Source: Escherichia phage UE-S5a
Sequence record: PP175015.1
Length of the DNA stretch: 64,000 nt
Strand: one strand, 5' to 3'
The notes below the pieces were generated by a model. The model made no database searches and was not told where the DNA came from. It was given only the letters and a program-made list of their open reading frames with translations. Made by a program: the position numbers and the translations under genes. Positions within the stretch are counted from its first letter, which is position 1, and every line of letters begins with the position of its first letter. Shown here piece after piece: positions 20,657 through 32,600 of this stretch.

Positions 20657-20667
20657 AACCAAGAGGA

Positions 20668-21510
20668 ATGATTATGTCTTGTTCTGCTGAGGTAGAAGCT
20701 AACCGACTCCTAGAAGAGTTAACTAAGGGTGATGACTTTACCCTTCCTGATGTTGATATGACTGGCCCCGAATGGGATATCCCTGGTGGGGATGCTTCCC
20801 CAATCTTTGGTGCTATTGATAAAATATCCAATGAATCACTCACTACCCGTGAAGTTGGTGGTAGTGGTACGTTTGATGCATTAATGGAATCTGCACACAA
20901 TCATCTGAAAGCTGAGTTTAAAGCTAACCGTATTACCGGTGGTGAATATACCAAAGCATACATTGCTATGATGGAATCTTGCATGAGCAATGCTGTTCAG
21001 TTCTTACTTGGTCGTGACCAGGCATACTGGGCTGCTGCTATGGCACAGATTCAGGCAGTTACTGCTCGTGTTCAACTGGCAACGTCTAAAGCACAGTTTG
21101 TGCTGGCTAAGATTCAGGCACTGTCTGCTAAGAGTGAGTATGCTCTTACTAAGATGAAGATTGCTACTGAGTCTGAAACATACTGTGCTGCATTGTTTAA
21201 TGTTAGTCAGATGTTACCTCAACAGCTTAAATTGCTTACTGAGCAGACTGAAGCACAACGTGCACAGACACTTGATACCCGTAGTGATGGAGCTACTGTT
21301 ACTGGTTCTGTAGGTAAACAGAAAGAGTTGTACTCACAACAGATTACTTCTTATCAACGTGATGCAGAGGTTAAAGCATCTAAGCTGTTTACTGATGCAT
21401 GGATTACTCAGAAGACTATTGATGAAGGCTTGAATCCACCAAATGGTTTCACTAACGCAAGTATTGACACCATTCTGACCAAGCTGAAGTCTAACAACGG
21501 GCTGAACTAA
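20668..21510 (+). CDS. hypothetical virion structural protein
   Basis: 280-aa ORF with helical Ala/Gln-rich repeats. Confidence 0.4.
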   Translation: MIMSCSAEVEANRLLEELTKGDDFTLPDVDMTGPEWDIPGGDASPIFGAIDKISNESLTTREVGGSGTFDALMESAHNHLKAEFKANRITGGEYTKAYIAMMESCMSNAVQFLLGRDQAYWAAAMAQIQAVTARVQLATSKAQFVLAKIQALSAKSEYALTKMKIATESETYCAALFNVSQMLPQQLKLLTEQTEAQRAQTLDTRSDGATVTGSVGKQKELYSQQITSYQRDAEVKASKLFTDAWITQKTIDEGLNPPNGFTNASIDTILTKLKSNNGLN

Positions 21511-21511
21511 T

Positions 21512-24166
21512 ATGGGCTTATTCAGTGGGAAGACCAAAGTATACGTAGCATCCTCTGTCTATAACATGGCAGGGGATATACATAAACGCCCTAACTATAT
21601 GAAGACTGTAGTTATAGGTAATATTGTTTCCAATACAGGATTCACTATGGCAGATACTATCTCTGATAGTTATCTGAATGGGCCAGGTATTCGTATGCGA
21701 CTGTTCTCCAGCTGGAGTAAGAACCACTATGATTCAGTAGTTGGTATGGCTGGTTCTTCATTGGGTGTATTGGCTAAGATTGACCCTACCGTTATAGAGG
21801 GTCAAATTACACCCCCTGCTGGTGAATCAGTCTATGTTCAGGCAGCAGAGATTGGCTTTGCTGACTTTGAGCAATGGTGTGACCAGTATCTTTATGAGAA
21901 TGCTCCAAGTCGAATCATGGAACGATTCGACATAGATATTGATGAAGATACTAATGAAATCACTATGACCTCCTTAGATGGGGGCTCTACTATTACATTC
22001 ACACCTACTAACTTTGAACCAGGTGCTTTATATCTCTATGCTGATTACTCATTCTATAAGACCCCTTCTACTAATCCTCCGGTAGTAGGACCGACTACTG
22101 TCTATGATGATGAGGATGACTTACCTTCCACTTTGTTATGGACTACCGTCTCAAGTGATACGACGGCTAACACAACCAATCTTACTAAGACTATACATAC
22201 TCATTCTGTTTACTCTGATGGCAGACCGGATGAAGACAGTACTGTCACAGAACCAAGTGTGGATAACTGGAACTCTTACGTTAAAGTTTATCGTAGAGGA
22301 TTCACTGAGAAACCTGATGATGTGACTGTAGTTGTATCTGACAGGGTAATGACTCATACAAAATTTGGTGAGATTCAATCCAGTACTTCTGTAACTACTA
22401 ATGTGGTTGATATAGGTGGAGGTGTTACTCGTACAGATACAATCACTACAACCACAGAGACACTGGTTCGTAAGTACTCATCCCAGACTACCCGTACTGA
22501 TACCGAGATGACTGCTGTTAGTACACCTAAAATGCTTATTTATAAGCAGAACTCCGGTAACGTTGCACTGGATTCTTTGTTCGAGACTGAAGCTACTGAT
22601 AACCGATTCTACCCATTCATTCCAATCAGAAATGATAAGCAATGGGTAGAGAATGACCCAATCTACCCACACTGTAAGAAAGCCCTTTATAAAGCTACTG
22701 GTGGAAAAATTGATAAAGTAGTCACAGAGCTTAAGAAGAATGATGACATAGGTGATATTCAGTACATCTATGGTTCATTTGGTGTATCCCTTAATACCCC
22801 CGAGGATAGTGCTAAGGAATACATCTATCGTTTCTTTCAGATGGCTACTGAAGCATTCCCACCTGACCCAACCTACCCAACACTGGAAGCAGTGATTGCA
22901 GGCTATCAGGCAGCAAATGATGCAGTTGACGCATATGTGGAATGGTGGAACAGGACTGAAGGGCATATTATTGGAACACCTCCACCACTGCCAGAATACC
23001 CAGTTATACCTAAGCGAGAGTTTAGGGTGCATAGTAATAAGCAGTACAAGTACGACATGACTATTGGCTGGAACTATGTATCTGAAACTACCCATTCAGG
23101 TCAAGCATGGTCTGGTGCTAAGCAGGGGCAACTTCGAGCCAGGTATGCAGGAGATATAACCCTTACTCGTAAGAACATAAGGACAGCTTCCAACTCCGGT
23201 TCTGCTAAGAAACTTGAGGTAACATACACATTCTATTCAATGCAGGAATACGAGTTGCTTTGGCAGGATGGTAATAATACCTATCGTAAACTTAGAGTAC
23301 TGGGTCTAAATCACAACAACAGGGTATATAAAAATAAGTCAGTGCACATTGATGTTGCCGAAGCAATGGGTGATGCAGAGGAGAGTGGATTCATTATTCC
23401 ACTGCACACCAATATCTACCGTTCAATGTCACTGGTTCGTAGCACTCAGTTATCCACTGCCTGCTCCTACTTAGTGATGAACTCATATAAGAAGGTTAAG
23501 CAGAAGTGGTATCAGACTGGGGCATTTAAAATTGTTGTTGTAGTGGTAGCTGTAGTTGTCTCTGTATTTACAGCAGGTGCTGGTGGTGCAGGTATACTTG
23601 GGGCATACGGTGCAGTCGGTGCATCACTTGGTTTTGTTGGATTAGCTGCTGTAATAGTTGGTGCTGTAGCAAACGCCATAGCTGCAATGATTCTGGTATC
23701 CATTATTACTAAAGTATCTACTTCACTGTTCGGTGATAAGCTAGGTTTTATCATTGCTGCTATTGCCTCAATGGTAGCCATGAACGTTGGTACTGCTTTG
23801 TCTACTGGTACATCCTTATCCTCTTTAGCTGGTGAAATGATGAATGCTCAAAACATCATGCAACTTACCAGTTCAGTGGGTAATGGCATTAGTCAGTATA
23901 TTAATGCATCCACGGCTGCTACTATTCAGAAAGCAGAGAGTGTAATGCAGCAGTACAATACTGATATGATGGCAATCAATAAGCAGTATGAAGAGATGTT
24001 CGGTACTGCTGGACAGGGTGTGATTGACCCCATGCAATTCGTGTCAATGGAGTCGTTGGATTCATTCTTGTCACGTACTCTCATGACTGGTTCAGATATA
24101 GCTGACTTGTCTTTAGACATGGTTGGCAACTACTCTGATATGACTCTTAATACTGACCTTGTTTAA
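21512..24166 (+). CDS. large virion protein with C-terminal multi-pass hydrophobic (Gly/Ala-zipper) region
   Basis: 884 aa; residues about 670-780 form consecutive hydrophobic segments (FKIVVVVVAVVVSVFTAGAGGAGILGAYGAVGASLGFVGLAAVIVGAVANAIAAMILVSII...). Confidence 0.5.
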   Translation: MGLFSGKTKVYVASSVYNMAGDIHKRPNYMKTVVIGNIVSNTGFTMADTISDSYLNGPGIRMRLFSSWSKNHYDSVVGMAGSSLGVLAKIDPTVIEGQITPPAGESVYVQAAEIGFADFEQWCDQYLYENAPSRIMERFDIDIDEDTNEITMTSLDGGSTITFTPTNFEPGALYLYADYSFYKTPSTNPPVVGPTTVYDDEDDLPSTLLWTTVSSDTTANTTNLTKTIHTHSVYSDGRPDEDSTVTEPSVDNWNSYVKVYRRGFTEKPDDVTVVVSDRVMTHTKFGEIQSSTSVTTNVVDIGGGVTRTDTITTTTETLVRKYSSQTTRTDTEMTAVSTPKMLIYKQNSGNVALDSLFETEATDNRFYPFIPIRNDKQWVENDPIYPHCKKALYKATGGKIDKVVTELKKNDDIGDIQYIYGSFGVSLNTPEDSAKEYIYRFFQMATEAFPPDPTYPTLEAVIAGYQAANDAVDAYVEWWNRTEGHIIGTPPPLPEYPVIPKREFRVHSNKQYKYDMTIGWNYVSETTHSGQAWSGAKQGQLRARYAGDITLTRKNIRTASNSGSAKKLEVTYTFYSMQEYELLWQDGNNTYRKLRVLGLNHNNRVYKNKSVHIDVAEAMGDAEESGFIIPLHTNIYRSMSLVRSTQLSTACSYLVMNSYKKVKQKWYQTGAFKIVVVVVAVVVSVFTAGAGGAGILGAYGAVGASLGFVGLAAVIVGAVANAIAAMILVSIITKVSTSLFGDKLGFIIAAIASMVAMNVGTALSTGTSLSSLAGEMMNAQNIMQLTSSVGNGISQYINASTAATIQKAESVMQQYNTDMMAINKQYEEMFGTAGQGVIDPMQFVSMESLDSFLSRTLMTGSDIADLSLDMVGNYSDMTLNTDLV

Positions 24167-24623
24167 CAGGAGAATCCCCATGGATTTGTCATTCTTAACA
24201 GGCAACCCAACTCCACAGCCAGCTGCTATGTCTTGGATGTCTAATAACAATCAGAACTTTAATACCCCGGCTATGAACTATAACCCAGGTGCAACTATTG
24301 GTATGGGGGCAAATACAGGAGTAGCCTCCCCTACTTCTTTCCTGTCTGGTTCAGCTGATCAGTTGGGATTGAATGTACCTACCTTCCAATTAGGACTGGG
24401 TGCACTTGGTTCATTAGCTAATATCTACAGTGGTTTCCAGGCTAATAAGTTAGCCAAAGACCAGTTGAACTTTACTAAGAGTGTTACTAACACTAACCTG
24501 AATAACCAGATTAAGTCTTATAACACTGCACTGGAAGATCGTGCTCGTAGTCGTGCTACAGCAGAGAACCGTGACCAGTCTACTGCTGATGCTTATATTG
24601 CAGCTAATAAATTAACCCGTTAA
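24159..24623 (+). CDS. hypothetical virion protein
   Basis: 154-aa ORF, translationally coupled. Confidence 0.4.
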   Translation: MFNRRIPMDLSFLTGNPTPQPAAMSWMSNNNQNFNTPAMNYNPGATIGMGANTGVASPTSFLSGSADQLGLNVPTFQLGLGALGSLANIYSGFQANKLAKDQLNFTKSVTNTNLNNQIKSYNTALEDRARSRATAENRDQSTADAYIAANKLTR

Positions 24624-24635
24624 TAGGAAACCATC

Positions 24636-26600
24636 ATGGCTCAAATTACATGGCGTAATGTTGATGCACCTAACTTCTCTGGAGTAGGTGACAGCATTCG
24701 CACATTTGGCAACATGATTGGTAACGCCACCTCTGGCTTAAGTGATGCACTGGGTAATTTCCAGAACGCTGCCAAGCAGGAGGCTGGCAATGCCGTCATG
24801 ATGAATGCTATGCAGTATCAAGATCCTACTGAGTACCGTAATGCTTTGGCATCAGGTGCACTGTTTCAGGGGGTTGACCCTTCATTGGTAAACCAGCGTA
24901 CTCTCCAGAATCTGGATGAGCGAGCAGGTACACTGCTGACTCAACAAGGACAGCAGGGAACCAATGACTACATTGCATATCGCTTTGGTCGCTTAAAGGA
25001 TATTAACTCAGCACTAGATAATGCTTCTCCGGCTATTCGTTTATTGTCTGAGGCTTATCAGTCTGGTGACCAGAATCGTATTAATACTGCATTGGGTCAG
25101 ACTCGTGAGGCATTATCTACGCTCCCAGCTGACCAACAGTTAGAATTGTTAGGTAGTTTACAAGGACAGGGTAGTGCTGCTATTAATCAGGCGAGCAATC
25201 GTTTTGATTTGGGTGTTGCTCAACGTAATGATGCCGATAGTCAGGCAGCTATGGGTGTAATGGCACAGATTACCCGTGGTGCTGAGAACCCTAATGATGC
25301 CCGTCTGTTGGCAGAAGCATACAGTAAGAACCTGTCTCCAGTTGCACAGGCACGCTTGCAGGGATTACTGGCTAATGCTTACCCGGGTGTTTACGGTAAT
25401 GGTGTAGGTGCTACGTCTGCTCCTGGTACTGCTGGTACTCGTCAGGGTTCACCTTACGATGTTACTTATCAGTTTGCTGGTACATCTACTCCTATTACTC
25501 AAATGAGTATTGGTGATGTAATTAAACACCAGGATGGTATGAAATCGAACCAGGGTGCTTCCCCTGTTGGTGCATTCCAGATTAACCAAGCTACTCTGAA
25601 AGACTTCGCTCCCAAAGTTCTTGGTTCAGATTGGCAAAGCCAGCCTCTTTCTGCTGAGAACCAGGATAAGATTGGTAAGGCTATCTTCGAGTCTCGTAAG
25701 AATGGCAACCTTAAAGATACCTGGGCTGCTCTTCCTAACTCTACCCCTGGTGCTTATAAGGATATGACTTGGGAACAGATTAAACCTGTTATTGCCCAAG
25801 CTGAAGTAGGGGCTGACCCATTCGCTCTGATTCAGAATAATCAAGGAAATCAGGCAGTATCCACTCTGGCTCAGGGTATGATTGGTACTCGTTCTATGCA
25901 GGATAATACCGGTAGTCTTAATACTGACTTCCTTGGTACTGTCACTGATAATACTCCAGTAGGTGAAATTGCTAACCGTCTATTAGATGGTGACTTTAAA
26001 GGTGCTGACCGTAACTGGGTACTGAACCGACTAACTGATATTTCTCAACGTGGAAATATGTCACCAGCTATGGCTGCTGCTGTTATGCAGCGTGCACAGA
26101 CTGGTGTACCGGAAGGTTACATTAGCCGTGCTATTGATGCAGTTAACCCATTCATTACCAACGAAGCCGGTAATGGTATGCGTCTTAATGACCGTTTGGT
26201 AGATCAGTTAATTGAGGGTGTACAACGTGGTGAACCACTGGAAGGCAGTGTGCGTAATCTTGGACGTGCTCAAGCTATGCAGAACATTCAGGCAGCACAG
26301 ACTGCTTATGATGCTGCTGTAGCTGCACTGACAAATACTCAGAACAAGATTAACACCGGACAAACAGGACTTACTGCATTGTTACCTGCACGTCAGGAAG
26401 CTGTTACTAAAGCTGCTGCAATGCTTCAAGCTGCACAAGCCCAAGTGCAAGCAGACCCAGCTAACCTGGCTCCAAGAGGTTTTCGGTCACAGGTTAGTGT
26501 GGACAGAGCACGAGCCAAGGAAGATGAAGAACGTGCTGCACGTTATCTACGTCAGGCACAGGGTTTGCCTGAGTATATGCAACCAAGACAAAATCGGTAA
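24636..26600 (+). CDS. hypothetical virion protein
   Basis: 654-aa ORF directly upstream of vRNAP gene, followed by terminator. Confidence 0.45.
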   Translation: MAQITWRNVDAPNFSGVGDSIRTFGNMIGNATSGLSDALGNFQNAAKQEAGNAVMMNAMQYQDPTEYRNALASGALFQGVDPSLVNQRTLQNLDERAGTLLTQQGQQGTNDYIAYRFGRLKDINSALDNASPAIRLLSEAYQSGDQNRINTALGQTREALSTLPADQQLELLGSLQGQGSAAINQASNRFDLGVAQRNDADSQAAMGVMAQITRGAENPNDARLLAEAYSKNLSPVAQARLQGLLANAYPGVYGNGVGATSAPGTAGTRQGSPYDVTYQFAGTSTPITQMSIGDVIKHQDGMKSNQGASPVGAFQINQATLKDFAPKVLGSDWQSQPLSAENQDKIGKAIFESRKNGNLKDTWAALPNSTPGAYKDMTWEQIKPVIAQAEVGADPFALIQNNQGNQAVSTLAQGMIGTRSMQDNTGSLNTDFLGTVTDNTPVGEIANRLLDGDFKGADRNWVLNRLTDISQRGNMSPAMAAAVMQRAQTGVPEGYISRAIDAVNPFITNEAGNGMRLNDRLVDQLIEGVQRGEPLEGSVRNLGRAQAMQNIQAAQTAYDAAVAALTNTQNKINTGQTGLTALLPARQEAVTKAAAMLQAAQAQVQADPANLAPRGFRSQVSVDRARAKEDEERAARYLRQAQGLPEYMQPRQNR

Positions 26601-26607
26601 TACTAAC

Positions 26608-26630
26608 AAAAGCCCTTCGGGGCTTTTTTC
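26608..26630 (+). terminator. rho-independent terminator
   Basis: AAGCCC-ttcg-GGGCTT stem-loop followed by TTTTTTC. Confidence 0.65.
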
Positions 26631-26694
26631 TTACACTGGCTTACTGTAGAGTAAGCTTTCCATATACGATATAAGTTTGAACAGGAAACATGCT

Positions 26695-29600
26695 ATGTCA
26701 ACATTTGACCGTCTGGCAGGTTTCGCAGACAGCATCACTAATGCTAAGCAAGTCGATGTCTCTACTGCAACCTCTCAGAAGCAAGCTGCACAAGGGCAAA
26801 GCCCTTTCCAATTAACCCCAGAGAATGCTTACAATCTCCAAACTGGTCGTGTAGGTAATCTTGGAATCGGTGCATTCGAACCAGGTTCACTTCAGGCAGA
26901 TTTCACTCAAGCCTCCCCATTAGAAATTCTTAATAAATACGGTAATGAGCAAGGTCTACAGATTCTTAATAGCCGGGCTAATGCTGCTGATGCTGTACGT
27001 CAGGACTTATCTAAACAACGTACTAACGCAGAAGCATTTGGTGATACTCTTTCTGGTGTTGGTCTTGGTGTTGCTAATACCCTTGGGGGCATTGCTGCTC
27101 TTGGCACAGGTCTGGTCAATGATAATGCCGGGGCATCCATTGCTTCCGGTATGGATTGGCTGAATGAAGGGGTACACAATCTACAGTCTGATGCTCTGAA
27201 TGCTACCCGTAAGGTTGTTCAGAATCAGAACCAGATTTCTGCACAAAAGAACCAGAGACTCTACGAAGAAGATATTAAAAATGGTGAGAACGATTTAGTT
27301 GCCTCCCTGTCTCGTATTGGTCGTGATGCTTTTGATTCTGTTGCTAATACACTTAATAATGGTATGGCTGCTACTGATGGGCTGAGTGAAGGTGTTGGTT
27401 CTCTCTTTACCGGTGGTCCATTAATTCGTGGTGTATCTGCACTCGGTAAAGTAATGGTAGGTGGTGATAAAGCTGTTAAGGGTATTACCTTAGCTGCTGA
27501 GTTAGGTTCACGTCCTGCACAGGTTGCATTGTCTGCTGGTCGTGTTGCTGCACCTGCTATTGCAATTGGTGGTATGGAAGCTGGTGGTGCATACCAACAG
27601 ACTGCTTCCGAAATCATGAAGATGTCCCATCAAGAATTGGCAAGTAAGTCTCCTGTTTATCAACAGCATATCGCTGATGGTTTATCTCCTGATGAAGCAC
27701 GTCGCCAAACTGCATCTGAAACGGGTATCATTGCTGCTGGCTTAACTGCTCCGGTTGCTGCTGCTACTGGTCCTCTGGTATCCAAATTTGAACTTAACCC
27801 ACTTAAGGTAGGTTCGCTGGCTGGTGCTGGTTCTAACATGCTACGTGAAACAGTAGAAGAAGGTATTCAGTCTGGTACAAGTCAGTTTGCACAGAACAAG
27901 GCAATTCAGGGTAATGTAGATGCTAAGCGTGATTTGCTTAAAGGTGTCGGTGAGCAAGCAGGTCTTGGTGCACTCTACGGCTTCGGTAGTGCTGGTGTTG
28001 CTCAGGCTCCAGGTACAACTGTTAAAGCTGTTGGTGCTTCTGCTGGGCCTGCTTTACGTACTACTCTGGCTGGTGCTTCTCTGGTTGGTAGTGCATTAGC
28101 AAAAGCTGCCTCTCCTATTACTAACATCCTGGTTCAGCGTGGCGAAGAAGTTGCTAAGCGTAATGAACAAGCTTCCCCTGTATCTGATGCTACGGTTAAT
28201 GCTGCTGCACAAGAAGCTACTGCTCAAGCAGAACAAGCACAAGCAACTGTACAAGAAGCAGTAGATGCAATGGATATTTCTCCTGAAGATAAAGCTGCTG
28301 CTACTCAGTATGCTGCTGACTTAACTCAGGCAATGAAATTTGACCCAGTAGAACTGGAACAAGCTAACCCAGCAATCCGTGAAGCTGTTTCTGGTTCCAC
28401 TAACCGTGTTGAAGCTATTCAGAAGATGGCTGACCTGGTTAATACTGCCGAAGACCCTAACGTTCAAATGGAAGCTGCAATCCAGATGTATGACAACATC
28501 ATGTCTATGGATAGCTTCATTAACCGTGATCCTGGTGCTTTAGCTAATCTGGAACAGGGTTCTCCTGCTGCTAATATTGTTGACCAGTTCTCCGGCCTGA
28601 TGGCTAACGTTCAGAATACACCAAAGGTACTTCGTGCATTCCGTGCCATCCATTCTATGATTCAGGAACAGGCTGAAGCAGGTAAACTGAAAGCTACCGA
28701 AGAAGCTAACCAAGCCCAAGCAAACAACATTGCTATGGCTGCTGATATGTCTCCAGAAGTACTGGATGCAGACTCAGTGAACATGGTTCTGAAACATGCA
28801 AGTGAAGGTAAGATTACACTGGGGAATCGTCAGCGTGCTGCCCTGCAATCTGCTGCTGCTCTATTGCAAGGAGCACGAGAATTTGACGCTAAAGCAGAAG
28901 AACTAGGCTTACGTCCTCAAGACATTGTTAGTAAACAGATTAAAACCGACGAGTCTCGTTCTAATGAAGGTCAGTACTCTGCGTTGCAACATGCTAAACG
29001 CATTCGTTCTGCGTACAACTCTGGTAACTTCGATTTGGCTTCCGCTTACCTCGACGACTTTATGAAGTTCGCCCAGCACATGCAGAATAAGGTCGGAGCG
29101 TTGAATGAGCATCTGATTTCTGGGAATGCGGATAAGAATAAGTCTGTCCATTATCAGGCTCTTACTCCCTCCCGTGAATGGGTACGTAGTCGTACTGGTC
29201 TTGGTGTTAATCCGTATGATACCAAGTCGGTTAAGTTTGCCCAGCAAGTAGGACTGGAGGCCAAAACCGTAGCTGATATTGCTAACGCACTTGCTACGGC
29301 TTACCCGGAGCTTAATGTTTCTCATGTGAAGGTTACTCCATTAGATTCACGTCTGGACAAGCCTGCTGCCCAGGTAGTTAAAGAGTTCCGTCAAGGTGGT
29401 CTTGATGCCACTCAGTCTCAACAGACCAATGAACCAGTGAATCAGGTTGATGAAACTCCTGCACCAGCGCAAGAGACTACTACTACTGTACAGCCTAAAG
29501 CTAAACCAGTGGTAGAAAATAAGACTGTTCCTGTTAAAGAGGCTAGTTCAAAAGCAGAAGAAGTCTCTACTACTAAGTCTGAAACAGTAGATGCTACCCT

Positions 29601-32600
29601 CACCAATGAGGATACCACTCAAAAAGTAGCTGAAACTAAAACGGAAATGGAAACAGTTTTCCCTGTCTATAACAATGACAAGACACCGAACCAGTTCCTG
29701 AAATCATTTACCCTGCCGGAAGAACCTAAGTCTCGCACCATTGGTTCTGAATCCCCTTTGACTGATATTAAGCAAGCACTGTCTTCTACTGCACGCTTTG
29801 AAGCATTCACTCAAAAAGAAAATAACGCTCTCACAAGTGATGTGATTAAGCGTTATCAGGACTTAATGGGCTTTGGTGAAACTCTGAAGACTACTCTGTC
29901 TGATCGTCTGGCTAAGTTTCTTGCTAATAAGAACGTTGGTAAACGCTTTGCAGAAGGCACAGAGGCTAACCGTTGGGTAGGTGGTAAGTTACTTAATATC
30001 GTAGAGAAAGACGGAGACACCTTTAAGTTCAATGACCAGTTGTTAGAGACTGCTGTACTTGCTGGTCTGCAATGGCGACTGACTGCTACACAGAATGCTG
30101 CTGTTAAAGACATGAAAGATGTAGCTGCTATTACTGGAGTAGAAGCATCCTTGTTACCTGAAGGTATCCTGGCTGAATTTGAGAATGCTCAGACTCTGGT
30201 TGAAGCTACTAACTCACTGGCTCAAAAGATTGAATCTTACTGGGGATTGAATCGTAATCCTAATGCACCACTGGGTTATACCAAAGGTATTCCAATGGCA
30301 ATGGCTACAGAGATTCTGTCTTCTCTCATTGAGATGGGTGAAGTTAAAGAGTCTATGCTTGATGTGTCTGAGATTGACCCAGACTCTAATAAGACCGTCG
30401 GTCTGTATACCATTGAGAAGCTGGATGATAACGATGCCATTAACAAGTTCCCTACTGCTATCGAGGAAGCTGTTCTCGTAGAACCAGAAGAGAAAATGTA
30501 CTTTGGTGATGATATTCCTTCCGTGGCTCAAACTCAGTTACGTAACCCTGCTGTTAAGAATACCCCAGAGCAGAAAGCTGCTCTTAAAGCAGAACAGGCT
30601 ACCGAGTTCCGTGTACACATGCCGATGGTTAACTTCTATGAAGCATTAGGTCGTGACAACATTCTGGAACTGATGGGTGCTGGTACTCTTAATCCTGAAC
30701 TGCTGAACGTGAACACTGCTAAGTCACTGGAGGGTAAAAACCTGTCAGTGTCTATGGCATATGATTCCCTGTTCGGTGTAATCAACCAGTTACAGGAACA
30801 GGAGAATGGTCTGGATACGCCTATTCACTATGGTTACAACATGACCCGTGTAGGTCGTATGCAGATGTTAGGTAAGAACAACCCACAGTCCAGCAAGCTG
30901 GTTCGTGAAGCAATTCTGCCAACCTTCTCTACTATCGACTTAAGTAATGAAAACAGTCAGACGTTCTCTGATTTCCAGTTAGGTCTGTCTCAGGCATTAG
31001 GTATCAAGGTTCATAATATGTCCCGTGAAGCTATGTCTGAAAAACTGACCAAAGCTCTGGAAGGTAATTTGAAACCTGCTGTTGATATGATGGTTGAGTT
31101 TGATAAGTCCGGGCACTTACCAGCCGATGCAGTAGATATTCTTAAGACATCTCTGGGTGGTGATAAATCATTCGTAGCTCTTATGGCTCTTATGGAGTAT
31201 GCCCGTTACCTGAACAGTGATGACCGTGCCAACTTTAATACCCCACTGTACGTTGAAGCCGATGGTGTAACCAACGGACCAATCAACGCAATGGTATTAA
31301 TGACTGGTGGTAAGTTCACTTCAGACTGGATTAAGAATACTGCTAAAGGTGGTCTGTTCTTCGGTAAAGCTGGTAAGACTATGAATGAACATCGTTCACA
31401 GGATGACAGTGTTGACCTGTATGAAGCATCTACCAATGGTCTGCAACAAGCACTTAATGAGTTACGTACTACTTACCGTAACAACGTTCCGGTTATGAAC
31501 CAAATGAATCATCTTCAGAAGTTAATGGACCTGTTTATTAAAGACTTTAACCTGAATGAAGACGGTACTCTGGACCTGAAACGTGGTATCGCTAAAAACC
31601 CACTGACCATTACCATCTATGGTTCAGGTGCTCGTGGTATTGCTGGCAAGATGGTTAGTGCAATTACTGACACCATCTATGAACGATTCAGTGATGTTCT
31701 GCAAGCTCGTGCTGCTGACCCTAGCATTTCCCCAGCTATGGCAATGTTTGGTAAGGAGGCTGCGTCTGAGGCTGATGCTCAGGCTATGCTGGATACTTTC
31801 CTTACTTCTATGGAAGCACTGACTGGTAATGTTCCAGTTATGCGTAAAGGTGAATTGTCTATTCAACAGGTAGAAGGTGCTCTGACTGGTAAGTTAGACC
31901 CTCAGAAGTTTACCGTATCGGGTAATGCCCTGAAGAACTTACAAGAGAACATGCTTCACCTGTTCGTTGAACCAATGCGTACTGGTATCCGGAATACTGT
32001 TGGGGAAGGTCTGATGCATTCTACTGAGAACTTGCAGAAGGCTACCCAGATTCAGTCTTTGGTTCTACAAGACATGTTCCAACAAGCAGTACAGGCTAAG
32101 CTGGCAGAAAAAGAAAAAGACCCAACCTGGAAGAAGGGTGATTTCTTAACACAGAAAGAACTGAATGAAATTCAGGAATCATTGTCTCCACTGGCTCCAA
32201 TGATTGAGACTGGTTCACAGACTTTCTATATTGCTGGTAGTGAGAATACTGATGTTGCTAACCAGGTACTGGCTACCAACTTAGATGACCGTATGCGTGT
32301 GCCAATGAGCATCTATGCTCCTTCTCAGGCAGGCGTTGCAGGTATTCCATTTATGACCATTGGCACTGGTGATGGCATGATGATGCAGACCCTTTCTACT
32401 ATGAAAGGTGCTCCGAAGAATACCCTGAAAATCTTTGATGGTATGAACATTGGTATCGACAACATCACTGATGCAAGTCGTAAAGCTAACGAGGCTGTAT
32501 ACACTTCCTGGCAGGGTAACCCTATCAAGAATGTTTATGAGTCTTTTACTAAGTTCATGAAGAACGTAGACTTCAGCAAACTATCGGATGAAACCAAACA

